Shown: positions 18,819 through 27,441 of the stretch, in pieces
How positions within the stretch are numbered: the stretch's first letter is position 1
How the letters are laid out: each line of letters begins with the position of its first letter
Source: Candidatus Cloacimonadota bacterium
GTDB taxonomy: Bacteria; Cloacimonadota; Cloacimonadia; Cloacimonadales; WRIO01
DNA length: 63,606 nt
Direction: 5' to 3'
Assembly: GCA_029553545.1 (NCBI GenBank)
Contig: JAKPKU010000016.1
Span: 1 to 63,606, forward strand
Made by a program: the position numbers and the translations under genes
The notes under the pieces: model-generated
What the model was told of the DNA's origin: nothing
The model's input: the letters and a program-made list of their open reading frames with translations, nothing else
Database searches by the model: none

Positions 18819-19898
18819 ATGAAAGTCTTGCTAATTAGCTCTGGTGAGCAGCCTGCCATTAAGGGTTTGTGTACAAAGCTAAATGACTACTATCCCAATG
18901 ATAGCTTTGAGCATCTTAATTATTATAGTAAAAATCCTTACCCAATTTTCGCTAAGATACCGCTGCTCAGATATATTTATCGGCTTTTAATCTTCATGTC
19001 ATTTAAGACAAAAATACGCCAATCTGATGTTATTAATATTCATTATATAGATTCATACACAGAGCCTCTTATTCGGCTTATTAGATATGTAAAAAGGCAT
19101 ATTATGATAGTGGTCTCGGTATGGGGGTCTGATTATTTTATCATTCAAAATAAGGCTGTTTCATATAGGAGAAAAGCCTTTGCTTTATCAGATCTCATAA
19201 CCTTTGCCAATACCTCTTATATCAGCGATTTTGCAGCCAGATATGATAATAAATACGATCATAAAGTCAGACAGGTGCGTTTTGGTTTGAAGCAGCTTGA
19301 ACTCATTAAAGATATACTGTCGAACACAAGCAAAGATGAACTCAAAAATAAAAAGCAAATCAGCGCTAAATACTGTATTCTTGCAGGAACAAATGCCCAA
19401 GAGAATCAGCAGCACGAGTTAATGATTGAGCAGTTAAATATGCTGCCAGACGAGGTAAAACGCCAAGTATGCTTTATTTTCCCTCTTACTTATGGTAACA
19501 ATAAAGAGAGAGTCGTGAATCTGTTAAAAGAGAGCAATATCAACTACTTGATCTATGATAATTGGCTGACTGATCAAGAGATAGCTGAGCTGAGAATAAT
19601 CTGTGATATAATTATTCAGCTACAGACTAATGATCAGTTTTCAGGAGCAATGCAAGAGGCGCTATATGCTGGCAATCAGGTCATTACAGGTGCTTGGCTT
19701 GATTATTCGGATTTTATACAAAGAGGTATAGATATTCATTATATCTCTGATTTTCCTGCTTTAGTGGATCAAATATCAGCTGTCTTGGCACTTATAGAGC
19801 TTAAAGAAGTAAATAAAAACCCAGATAGAGTTTGGGAATTATCAAGTTGGGAAAAGAATATTATAGCGTGGTATGAAATCTATAAAGAATATGTTTAG
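18819..19898 (+). CDS. GT-B glycosyltransferase with WecF-like segment
   Basis: SVWGSD, FIFPLTYG and D...SGAMQEALYAG motifs; last gene of the sugar cluster. Confidence 0.65.
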   Translation: MKVLLISSGEQPAIKGLCTKLNDYYPNDSFEHLNYYSKNPYPIFAKIPLLRYIYRLLIFMSFKTKIRQSDVINIHYIDSYTEPLIRLIRYVKRHIMIVVSVWGSDYFIIQNKAVSYRRKAFALSDLITFANTSYISDFAARYDNKYDHKVRQVRFGLKQLELIKDILSNTSKDELKNKKQISAKYCILAGTNAQENQQHELMIEQLNMLPDEVKRQVCFIFPLTYGNNKERVVNLLKESNINYLIYDNWLTDQEIAELRIICDIIIQLQTNDQFSGAMQEALYAGNQVITGAWLDYSDFIQRGIDIHYISDFPALVDQISAVLALIELKEVNKNPDRVWELSSWEKNIIAWYEIYKEYV

Positions 19899-20512
19899 AT
19901 GTTCAATACTACTTCAATTCTTTCAGGAGCAACAGTGATATCAAAGTTCATATCCATTTCTTTTGAATTGCTCTTTACCTCATTCTTTATATCTTCCAAT
20001 ACCTTAGCATCGATACTGTAAGTTTTATCATCACCTCTATTAAAAGTGAGGGAAATCTTTTCGCTGTCGTTTTTATATGTTAAAGTATCTTCTACGCTGG
20101 CATAGCTTAGGACAAAAATTACTATTTGATATAATGCGTTGAAATATCTTTGTGAATTAACTGGCTTGATAACTTCTTGCAGCTCTTTTTCAACAAACAA
20201 GTTATGTTTATACTGCATGTGAGACTTCATGAAAAGGTCAAAGCGATTAATAAAGTCTTCAATGTTTGTATCATATGTTTTATCATTTGTATCTTTATCA
20301 ATAAAATAGGCAGATGCTTTAAGCATATCTGATAGAGAGTCAATATGTTTTATTAGAGAACCTAGTTCTTTAATATCAGGGTATTTGATTTCCATTAGCT
20401 CTATTCTACCTGACAGTCCCATAAGCGGGGTGTTTAGATTATGTATAAATCCTGACATAAGTTTGCCATACTTTGCCCATTTTTCTAATTCAGTGCGTTC
20501 TTTATCTTCCAT
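19895..20512 (-). CDS. Pseudo-histidine kinase / ChpT-like phosphotransfer protein
   Basis: H-box GKLMSGFIHNLNTPL keeps His (codon 20441..20443); C-terminal part has no recognisable N, G1, F or G2 ATP-binding boxes. Confidence 0.6.
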   Translation of the reverse strand: MEDKERTELEKWAKYGKLMSGFIHNLNTPLMGLSGRIELMEIKYPDIKELGSLIKHIDSLSDMLKASAYFIDKDTNDKTYDTNIEDFINRFDLFMKSHMQYKHNLFVEKELQEVIKPVNSQRYFNALYQIVIFVLSYASVEDTLTYKNDSEKISLTFNRGDDKTYSIDAKVLEDIKNEVKSNSKEMDMNFDITVAPERIEVVLNI

Positions 20513-20525
20513 AAATTCTCCTTAA

Positions 20526-22562
20526 CTAATCTGTTATCTCGTCAAAGTGTTGTGAGTTAGAGTTATCATGTTCCTCTTCTATGTTGAGCATTTTGTGATT
20601 GTCGAGATTGTAATTTTTCAATGTAATATTTGTGAGTGACTTTAATCTCTTAAGGATTCTATTTATAATTGCAATGCTGTCAAATATGTTTTTAAAAGCA
20701 TTTTCTTGAACTTCTGATTTGTTTTCTAATTGCAAATCAAGGAGCTCAGCATATCCTTGTATAGCATTTAAAGGCGAGTTGATTTTATCGTTAGCAGTAA
20801 TTGCAAAAGAAGAGACAGTGATGAGTTTCTCATGTTCTAACATCTCTTTTTCTCTTGCCTTTTTTTCTTCTATATTGTGCATAATTGCCAGATCAAGTAT
20901 TTTCCCCGTGAAATTAATACTTGTAAAGTGCGTTTCTACATCAATTATCTCTTTACTGCTTGTGATGATTGGATGTGTTATGATAAATGAGTTCTCTTTA
21001 TTATCTGTTGCTTGATTAAATTTATCCATAAACCATTGTAGCTTGTCGTCAGGTATAATTCTTAAGAAAGAGAAATTTGTGTTTGTGAGATCTGAATTAT
21101 CAGCTTTTATCATTTGAAAAAAAGCCTGGTTAGCAAGTTGTAAAGTGAAGTTTTGCATGAGAATAATGCCATCATATGCATGTTCGACAATATATCGAAA
21201 TTGTTCTTCAGATTGTTTTAACACTTGCATTCTTTGTTTAATCAAGTCTTCAAGGTGTGTTGTATAAGCTTTCAGCCTGTTATCCAATGAGATACGTTCA
21301 GATATATCTTGTAATATGCAGTGAATATATGTCTCACCATCTGCAGACTTTGTAAAATTAGTTGTAAAAATAAATGTTTTAAAAAAGCCCTCAACACTTT
21401 TAATTACTATTTCATTTTCACCTTGTTGTGTGGGATCGGGGTTAAGTCTCAAAAGCCTCGTTTTGTCTTCAGGGCTAACTAAGCTGCTGATATTTGTGCC
21501 GAGAATTGTGTTTGTATTATAACCAAGAATATTATTAACACTTTTATTTACATATTTAATTACACCTTTCAAATCCAGCGTGATTGCGATATTGCTTAGT
21601 CCATCTAAGACACTTAGATTTTGTGATTCTGCTTGAGAAATAATGCCAAGCAGTTCTTGATTCTTTACAACTAATTCTTTATTTTTATTAATGATCTGAT
21701 AAGAATTAACAATGAGGTCTTTTTTTATAAAGTTTTGCTTATATAATAGAAAAACGATTATTAAGAAGAGTATGAAAAAAGTTATAACCATGATTAAAAA
21801 ATAGCTATAATTCTTTTCATAAAGATATTTCTCCTCAATTGATTTTTCCCATCTCGAAATAATGCACGATATTTCATTTGTATATATCATTTCATTAAGT
21901 ACTTTACTGATGACCATATAACTGGTTTTATCTTCGCTTTTTAACCATAATTTAGCCTCAATTTCATTCTCCAGTTTATTTACAGCAAAGACTTCTTCTG
22001 TCTTTTTGGTTAAGGCATCAAGCTGTGGCATGTGAAGATTATCTACTAAGAGCAGTCCATCTTTTTCTTGTTTGAACTTATAATAAGCTAATTCTATATC
22101 CGAAAAAATATACTGATTATTCTTATGTAACTGAGGCAAAACATCTTGTGTAAGCTCTAAGTTATTCATATAGATATTATATGTTTTTTCAAAATCAATA
22201 TTTGAACTTGAACTATACAAATAAAATTTGACCGTATACAAAGTGGTAGTTGGTATTTCTCTGTATTCTTGATTGTTTGAAAAAGAGCTTACAGCGTCGA
22301 TATCAGAGACATTTTCGCCTTCGAGGGCAAAGATGACTTTTGTATTTAGTTTACTAAATAGTGTTTTGTAAATATCTATATTAATTCCGTCAAATTCACC
22401 ATTATAATTAATAAACTCATAGGGGTAATTATTATCCGTAACGAGTATCTTAAATGCTTTTTTATTTTTTAATAGTTTTTGTTCTCCCTCATTTAATTCA
22501 AAAGAATAAATGCAAGAGAAAGCAAGTAAAAATAGGATTAATAAATGTAATCTTTTAATCAT
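20526..22562 (-). CDS. Membrane sensor: periplasmic solute-binding-like domain, TM, two PAS, degenerate HisKA; no HATPase
   Basis: YPYEF..GEFDGINIDI (SBP family 3-like), one TM, two PAS-like segments, H-box EKLITVSSFAITANDKINSPL with Asp at the His position; the protein ends soon after the DHp helices. Confidence 0.75.
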   Translation of the reverse strand: MIKRLHLLILFLLAFSCIYSFELNEGEQKLLKNKKAFKILVTDNNYPYEFINYNGEFDGINIDIYKTLFSKLNTKVIFALEGENVSDIDAVSSFSNNQEYREIPTTTLYTVKFYLYSSSSNIDFEKTYNIYMNNLELTQDVLPQLHKNNQYIFSDIELAYYKFKQEKDGLLLVDNLHMPQLDALTKKTEEVFAVNKLENEIEAKLWLKSEDKTSYMVISKVLNEMIYTNEISCIISRWEKSIEEKYLYEKNYSYFLIMVITFFILFLIIVFLLYKQNFIKKDLIVNSYQIINKNKELVVKNQELLGIISQAESQNLSVLDGLSNIAITLDLKGVIKYVNKSVNNILGYNTNTILGTNISSLVSPEDKTRLLRLNPDPTQQGENEIVIKSVEGFFKTFIFTTNFTKSADGETYIHCILQDISERISLDNRLKAYTTHLEDLIKQRMQVLKQSEEQFRYIVEHAYDGIILMQNFTLQLANQAFFQMIKADNSDLTNTNFSFLRIIPDDKLQWFMDKFNQATDNKENSFIITHPIITSSKEIIDVETHFTSINFTGKILDLAIMHNIEEKKAREKEMLEHEKLITVSSFAITANDKINSPLNAIQGYAELLDLQLENKSEVQENAFKNIFDSIAIINRILKRLKSLTNITLKNYNLDNHKMLNIEEEHDNSNSQHFDEITD

Positions 22563-22918
22563 AGTGCCAAGTGTTTATTGATAATAGACACCAAGTCATG
22601 CATTCTAAAAGGTTTTTCAAGTATAGCATTTGCTTTATTATTGTTTGCGATATTTACAGATGTTTCAATATTTACGCCTGTCATCACGATAACTGGAAAA
22701 TCAGGGGTTGTGTTTTTTATTCTTTGTAAAAGCTCGATGCCGTTCATTTTTGGCATGTTTATATCAGTCAATAGAATATCAGGTTTTTCATTTTTCCAAA
22801 GCACATATGCATCTAATCCATTTTCTGCCTGGATTACTTCAAAATCATAGTTTTCTAAAAAGTCTTTAATCATATAGCGCATGACTTTTTCATCTTCAGC
22901 GACAAGTATCTTTTTCAT
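22559..22918 (-). CDS. Stand-alone receiver-domain response regulator
   Basis: ILVAEDE, LLTDINMP (phospho-Asp), VIVMTG, EKPF. Start is ATG 22918 after GGAG; the track's GTG start lies inside a hairpin. Confidence 0.92.
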   Translation of the reverse strand: MKKILVAEDEKVMRYMIKDFLENYDFEVIQAENGLDAYVLWKNEKPDILLTDINMPKMNGIELLQRIKNTTPDFPVIVMTGVNIETSVNIANNNKANAILEKPFRMHDLVSIINKHLAL

Positions 22919-22943
22919 TTTTGCTCCGAGTCTTGTTGTAAGG

Positions 22944-22973
22944 AAAAGGGGGTGGCAATAATTTATGCCACCC
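22944..22973 (-). terminator. Hairpin / weak intrinsic terminator after the aminotransferase
   Basis: GGGTGGCA-N8-TGCCACCC followed by CCTTTT on the minus strand (short U tract). Confidence 0.6.
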
Positions 22974-22986
22974 ACAATATAGCTTT

Positions 22987-24195
22987 TTATCTTAGCTCTG
23001 ATTTAATTGCTTCAGCAAGACGTTTAATTCCTTCGTAGTTAGTTTCTTTTGAGCAGAATGAGAAATTGAGGCGCATTGTATTTTTGCCTTCGCCATCACA
23101 GTAGAAAGAGGTTCCACTGACAAATGCTACGTTTTTCTCGATTGCTTTTTTAAACAATTCATTGGTGTCCATGTATTCAGGGCAAGTTACAAAGAGGAAC
23201 AATCCACCTTCAGGCTTTGTCCAAGTGATTTCTTTTGGCATAAATTCTTCAAGTGCTTTCAACATACCGTCGCGTTTTTCACGATATGAGTCAACTATAC
23301 CTTTAATATTTTTATCAATCAAGCCTTTTTCCATATATCTTGCTGCAATTCTTTGAGTAAATGGAGGTGTGCAAAGGTCTGTTGCTTGTTTTGCCACAAC
23401 GATTTTGTCGATGATGTCTGGATGAGCAATTACCCAACCGATTCTAAAGCCAGGCGCAAAGATCTTTGAGAATGTGCCAAGGCTAATTACATGTCCTGTA
23501 TTATCGAGTGAGAAAATAGTTGGCACATGCTCGCCCTCAAAACGAAGCTCACGATATGGGCTATCTTCAAGAATAAGCACATTGTATTTTTTAGCAATTG
23601 CTAATATTTCTTCTCTTCTCTTCTGTGGCATAGTGATGCCTGCAGGGTTTTGGAAGTCTGGAATAGTGTAGATAAACTTTGGTGTAATATTCTTTGCTTT
23701 TAATTCTGCAAGTTTTTTCTCTAATAATTCAGCACTCATCCCTTGATCATCAAGAGGAATGCCGTGCATATCAGCACCATAGCTATTAAATGCGCTTAAT
23801 CCGCCAAGATATGATGGAAGCCCACAAATAACTGCATCGCCACGATTGATAAAAATCTTTGCTACTAAGTCAAGCGCTTGCTGTGATGCTGTAACGATGA
23901 TTACATTATCAACAGTTATATCAAAACCCTCTTTTTGATATTTTTTAGCAATTTCTTTTCTTAAAAGCATATCACCTTCAGTTGCGCCATATTGAAGCGC
24001 AAGTGCAGGCTCTTTTTCCATCATTTCTTGAATAATGTCTTTCAGCTCTTCAACAGGAAATGACTCTGGAGCAGGTAAACCGCCTGCAAATGAAATAACT
24101 TCTGGTCTTTGAGTAAGCTTTAAAAGCTCTCTGATCGCTGATCTTTTCATTCCTTTGGAATTAATCGAGAAGATGTCGTTTAAGTTGCTTATCAT
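22987..24195 (-). CDS. PLP-dependent class I aminotransferase (LysN / 2-aminoadipate transaminase-like)
   Basis: ISFAGGLP, LQYGATEG, IPDFQNPAG, EDSPY, TFSKIFAPGFRIGW, RLNFS. Confidence 0.9.
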   Translation of the reverse strand: MISNLNDIFSINSKGMKRSAIRELLKLTQRPEVISFAGGLPAPESFPVEELKDIIQEMMEKEPALALQYGATEGDMLLRKEIAKKYQKEGFDITVDNVIIVTASQQALDLVAKIFINRGDAVICGLPSYLGGLSAFNSYGADMHGIPLDDQGMSAELLEKKLAELKAKNITPKFIYTIPDFQNPAGITMPQKRREEILAIAKKYNVLILEDSPYRELRFEGEHVPTIFSLDNTGHVISLGTFSKIFAPGFRIGWVIAHPDIIDKIVVAKQATDLCTPPFTQRIAARYMEKGLIDKNIKGIVDSYREKRDGMLKALEEFMPKEITWTKPEGGLFLFVTCPEYMDTNELFKKAIEKNVAFVSGTSFYCDGEGKNTMRLNFSFCSKETNYEGIKRLAEAIKSELR

Positions 24196-24217
24196 GGCAA
24201 CCTCCTTATTTTATTTT

Positions 24218-25558
24218 TTATGTATTTATATATTTATTTAAAGTTATTATTTCTAATTGTCTTTCTATTTGGTCAATATATTTATAATCGATTTCGATGT
24301 CAATCATATATTCATTATTCAATTCATCATAAGCAATATCCAACACTTTTCCGTTTTGATGCAAAAAATTAATCAAGTTTGCATTATCTACAGGTATATG
24401 ATAAGATACTGTCTTTTTGCGTTTTTTCAAATAATAATTTATCTTTTCATAAAGAGTGTCCATATTGAGCCCTGTTTTGGCTGAAATAAAGACAGAATCT
24501 GGATATATTTCTCTCAACTGTTTTTTCAAAAACAATGAGGATAAATCATTGCATAGATCCCATTTATTAAAGACCAGCAAGATATTCTTATCGTGAGCTT
24601 TGATATCCTTTAAAACTTTATCCACAGAGTCTATTAGTTCGTCTAATCTCGCACTTGAGGCATCAACAACATGAAGGAGTAAATCTGATTCCAGTACCTC
24701 ATGCAGAGTGGAATAAAAAGATTGTATTAATAGAGGCGGCAAATTGTTTATAAAACCTATCGTATCGGTGATTAGTATTTGTTCATTGTTTTTATTTTTC
24801 ACTGCTCTTGTTGTGGCATCAAGCGTGGCAAATAGTTGATCTGCAGCGTATAATTGTGAATTAGTCAGTTTATTAAAAAGCGTTGATTTTCCTGCATTGG
24901 TGTATCCAACCAAGCAGATAGAGAGAACATCATCACGTCTTTTTCTCTTTGTTTGAGTGATTTTTTGTATCTCTTCCAATTTCTTTTTTAGTTTAGAGAT
25001 GCGCGTTTTGATCAATCTTCTGTCTTTTTCTAATTGTTTCTCACCAGGTCCTCTGACCCCGATCATTCCGCCATCAATACGTGAAAAGTGCTCCCATAAA
25101 TTTTTTAGTTTGGAAAAACTATATTCAAGCTGAGCTACTTCCACTTGAATTTTAGACTCTTTTGTTTGAGCATGTTGAGCAAAGATATCCAAAATCAACT
25201 CAGTTCTATCTACAACATTACATTTGCTAATTTTGGTAATATTTCTTGTTTGCGCTGGGGTTAAATTATCATTAAAAATTAAGGTAGTAACTTCTTTTTC
25301 TTTAGCTTCTTTTATAATCTCATTGAGTTTACCCTTGCCAATCCAGGTGGCGGGGTTTGCAGTTTCGAGCTCTTGAGTAAAAGAACCCATATACTCTACT
25401 TCGGCAGTTTGTGAGAGATGCCTTAATTCTTCCATTGATTCCATGTACTCAGCCTTTTTGAAATTACTTTCATACAAGCCAATCAGAAATGCACGCTCAC
25501 GTGTATTTCTGAGAGGTATTACTTGATATGCTTCATTTTTGCTCTTATTGTGGGTCAT
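24218..25558 (-). CDS. hflX: Ribosome-splitting GTPase HflX
   Basis: VVDRTELILDIFAQHA, GPGEKQLE, GYTNAGKST, LFATLD, DTIGF, NKWD, SAK. Confidence 0.95.
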   Translation of the reverse strand: MTHNKSKNEAYQVIPLRNTRERAFLIGLYESNFKKAEYMESMEELRHLSQTAEVEYMGSFTQELETANPATWIGKGKLNEIIKEAKEKEVTTLIFNDNLTPAQTRNITKISKCNVVDRTELILDIFAQHAQTKESKIQVEVAQLEYSFSKLKNLWEHFSRIDGGMIGVRGPGEKQLEKDRRLIKTRISKLKKKLEEIQKITQTKRKRRDDVLSICLVGYTNAGKSTLFNKLTNSQLYAADQLFATLDATTRAVKNKNNEQILITDTIGFINNLPPLLIQSFYSTLHEVLESDLLLHVVDASSARLDELIDSVDKVLKDIKAHDKNILLVFNKWDLCNDLSSLFLKKQLREIYPDSVFISAKTGLNMDTLYEKINYYLKKRKKTVSYHIPVDNANLINFLHQNGKVLDIAYDELNNEYMIDIEIDYKYIDQIERQLEIITLNKYINT

Positions 25559-25835
25559 AGATCCTTATTTTTTTCAGCTTCTTTCTCCATTCAGCGTAGG
25601 CGTTTTTGATTTCCAACAAGAATAATGTTTTCTTATCATCATTTTCAAAAGTAATGATATCCATTGAGTGTATTTTCCCATCTTTAGCTTTAAAGCTCTT
25701 GACGGGCAGCTCAATTTCAATCTCTCCTTCTTTTCGTAGAACAGTTATTTCATTGATAAAAATACCTTCACTGAACTGGATTACTGCTCTTGCTTCGACT
25801 ATACCATAGTTTACGTCTCTAAATTTAATTTCCAT
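25545..25835 (-). CDS. SpoVG-like small protein
   Basis: Pattern ARAVIQF..IFINEITV..IELP.KSF..DG..DII.F followed by a C-terminal helix ending EIKNAY resembles SpoVG; overlaps the hflX start. Confidence 0.5.
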   Translation of the reverse strand: MEIKFRDVNYGIVEARAVIQFSEGIFINEITVLRKEGEIEIELPVKSFKAKDGKIHSMDIITFENDDKKTLFLLEIKNAYAEWRKKLKKIRIYDPQ

Positions 25836-26094
25836 AAATATTTAGTCTCTTCTTTCTTTTTCACACTATATGAACAACATTATAATAACAGTCATTAAAT
25901 GGCAAGTAATATTTTAATATTTATTATTATTTTTTCTCTTACATCTTATAAAACCTTATATAATACCTATTTAACCGTTGATTAAAGATATGATTTGATA
26001 TAGAAAAAATACCTACCATTTATACTGAGCTTATTAAATTATTAGAATAATTATTTCAATGATCTGTAATGTTTAAACATTAAATTATCTGCTT

Positions 26095-26212
26095 AAAAAA
26101 AATCTACCCCTCTATATATATAGGGCTTACAAAATGATGTTTTTTGAAAACTATTTTCATCTAAAACAGCAGATGACTTCCACAAGCGGGTTAAGAGGCA
26201 ACTTTTTTTTGC
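26095..26212 (-). repeat. Dispersed repeat R1 copy downstream of tadA
   Basis: 53 of 54 bp match to 15201..15254; upstream part aligns with 15153..15200. Confidence 0.88.
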
Positions 26213-26325
26213 AAGAAACAGTTCAAATGAAAAAGGACTACTTTATTATACAGAACTCAACTTACAGCTAATTTAGTTTTTTCTTAGCAGACTAAGCAGG
26301 CAAGAAATGAGGCTAAATTGCTTTA

Positions 26326-26787
26326 TTAAAGCTTTGTATTATTCCTCTTCTGCTCAAAGAATACACGTAAAATATCTGCACACTCTTTATGCAGAATCCC
26401 TGTAATAAGATTCGGCTGATGATTAAAGCGCTGGTCTTTTAATACATTATAAATCGAGCCACAAGCACCACTCTTCATGTCTTTCGCTCCAAAGACTACA
26501 GTTCCAACACGTGACAAAATAATAGATCCAGCGCACATCATACATGGTTCGAGGGTAATATAGAGTGTATAATTATACAGATATTTCTCTTTTTTTAAAA
26601 GTTCGTCAATTACCAGCTTTTCTGCATGAGCAAGCGGGTTTTGTTGTTGTCGGGTGAGGTTATGAGCAGAAAAGACAAGTTCATCATTTTTCACTGCTAT
26701 TGCAGCCACTGGAATTTCATCAATAAGCATAGCTTTTTTTGCCTCTTCAAGGGCAAACTTCATCCAGTATTCATGCGTATATTTCAT
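26326..26787 (-). CDS. tadA: tRNA adenosine(34) deaminase
   Basis: EIPVAA, AHAE, LEPCMMCAG zinc motifs, VFGAKD. Confidence 0.92.
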   Translation of the reverse strand: MKYTHEYWMKFALEEAKKAMLIDEIPVAAIAVKNDELVFSAHNLTRQQQNPLAHAEKLVIDELLKKEKYLYNYTLYITLEPCMMCAGSIILSRVGTVVFGAKDMKSGACGSIYNVLKDQRFNHQPNLITGILHKECADILRVFFEQKRNNTKL

Positions 26788-26809
26788 AAAAAGCAGCAGT
26801 TAATTAGTA

Positions 26810-27421
26810 TTATTCTTCGTACTCGTCTTCGTACTCTTCATCTTCATATTCTTCGTCGTCATCAGTGCCATATGGACCAATTACTTCAAGGTCAGCAGCG
26901 TTGACGGTAAAGGCAACAGCTCTTTTCATCGCATCGACCTGCAATACGACTTTTCTCATATTGGTAACACTTTCCACAATACCTTCTTGTCCAACCATTG
27001 CTCCAGCAACAAAGCGCACGCGCATACCCTTTTCAAGGTATATATGCTCTTCGATTTGAAGGTTTGCTGAGCGTGCAATGAATATTCTTTTTAAGTCTCT
27101 GATCAGCTCATTTTGAAAAATAACTTTCAAGAAGTTGACTATATTTCCAGACTTAATGAGTATTTCTTTTTCTTTTAAGGTGCATTTTGAAAAGAAATAA
27201 CCGGGAAAAAGTGGCTTTGTAAAGATAACCTTTTTTGAAGGATATATCCTTTCCGACTCATTTTGCGGCAAATAATACTCAATATTATGCTCTTTAGCCC
27301 AATTTGCCAACTTTTTCTCATGTTGTGATTTTGTATAAACAACAATCCACTTTTTCCCGTCTTCAGCTAAATCAAAGCTTCCGAACAATTCATCTACATA
27401 AACAGGTTTATTTGATTTCAC
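26810..27421 (-). CDS. NusG paralogue, UpxY/LoaP-type antiterminator with acidic tail
   Basis: WIVVYTKSQHEKK, YYLP, PLFPGYFF (NGN domain) and a KOW-like GMRVRFVAGAMVGQEGIV; GTG start. Confidence 0.82.
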   Translation of the reverse strand: MKSNKPVYVDELFGSFDLAEDGKKWIVVYTKSQHEKKLANWAKEHNIEYYLPQNESERIYPSKKVIFTKPLFPGYFFSKCTLKEKEILIKSGNIVNFLKVIFQNELIRDLKRIFIARSANLQIEEHIYLEKGMRVRFVAGAMVGQEGIVESVTNMRKVVLQVDAMKRAVAFTVNAADLEVIGPYGTDDDEEYEDEEYEDEYEE

Positions 27422-27441
27422 GTTTTACCCATAAAGATTAG

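Noticed and set aside
22919-22975. Longer start of the response regulator given by the ORF track
   Set aside because: The GTG lies within the hairpin; ATG 22918 has a GGAG RBS and begins the receiver fold.
26815-26865. Short tandem repeats at the end of the NusG paralogue, and similar ones at the pnp 3' end (about 30200..30300)
   Set aside because: They encode low-complexity acidic or Arg/Asp-rich tails and are not independent repeat elements.
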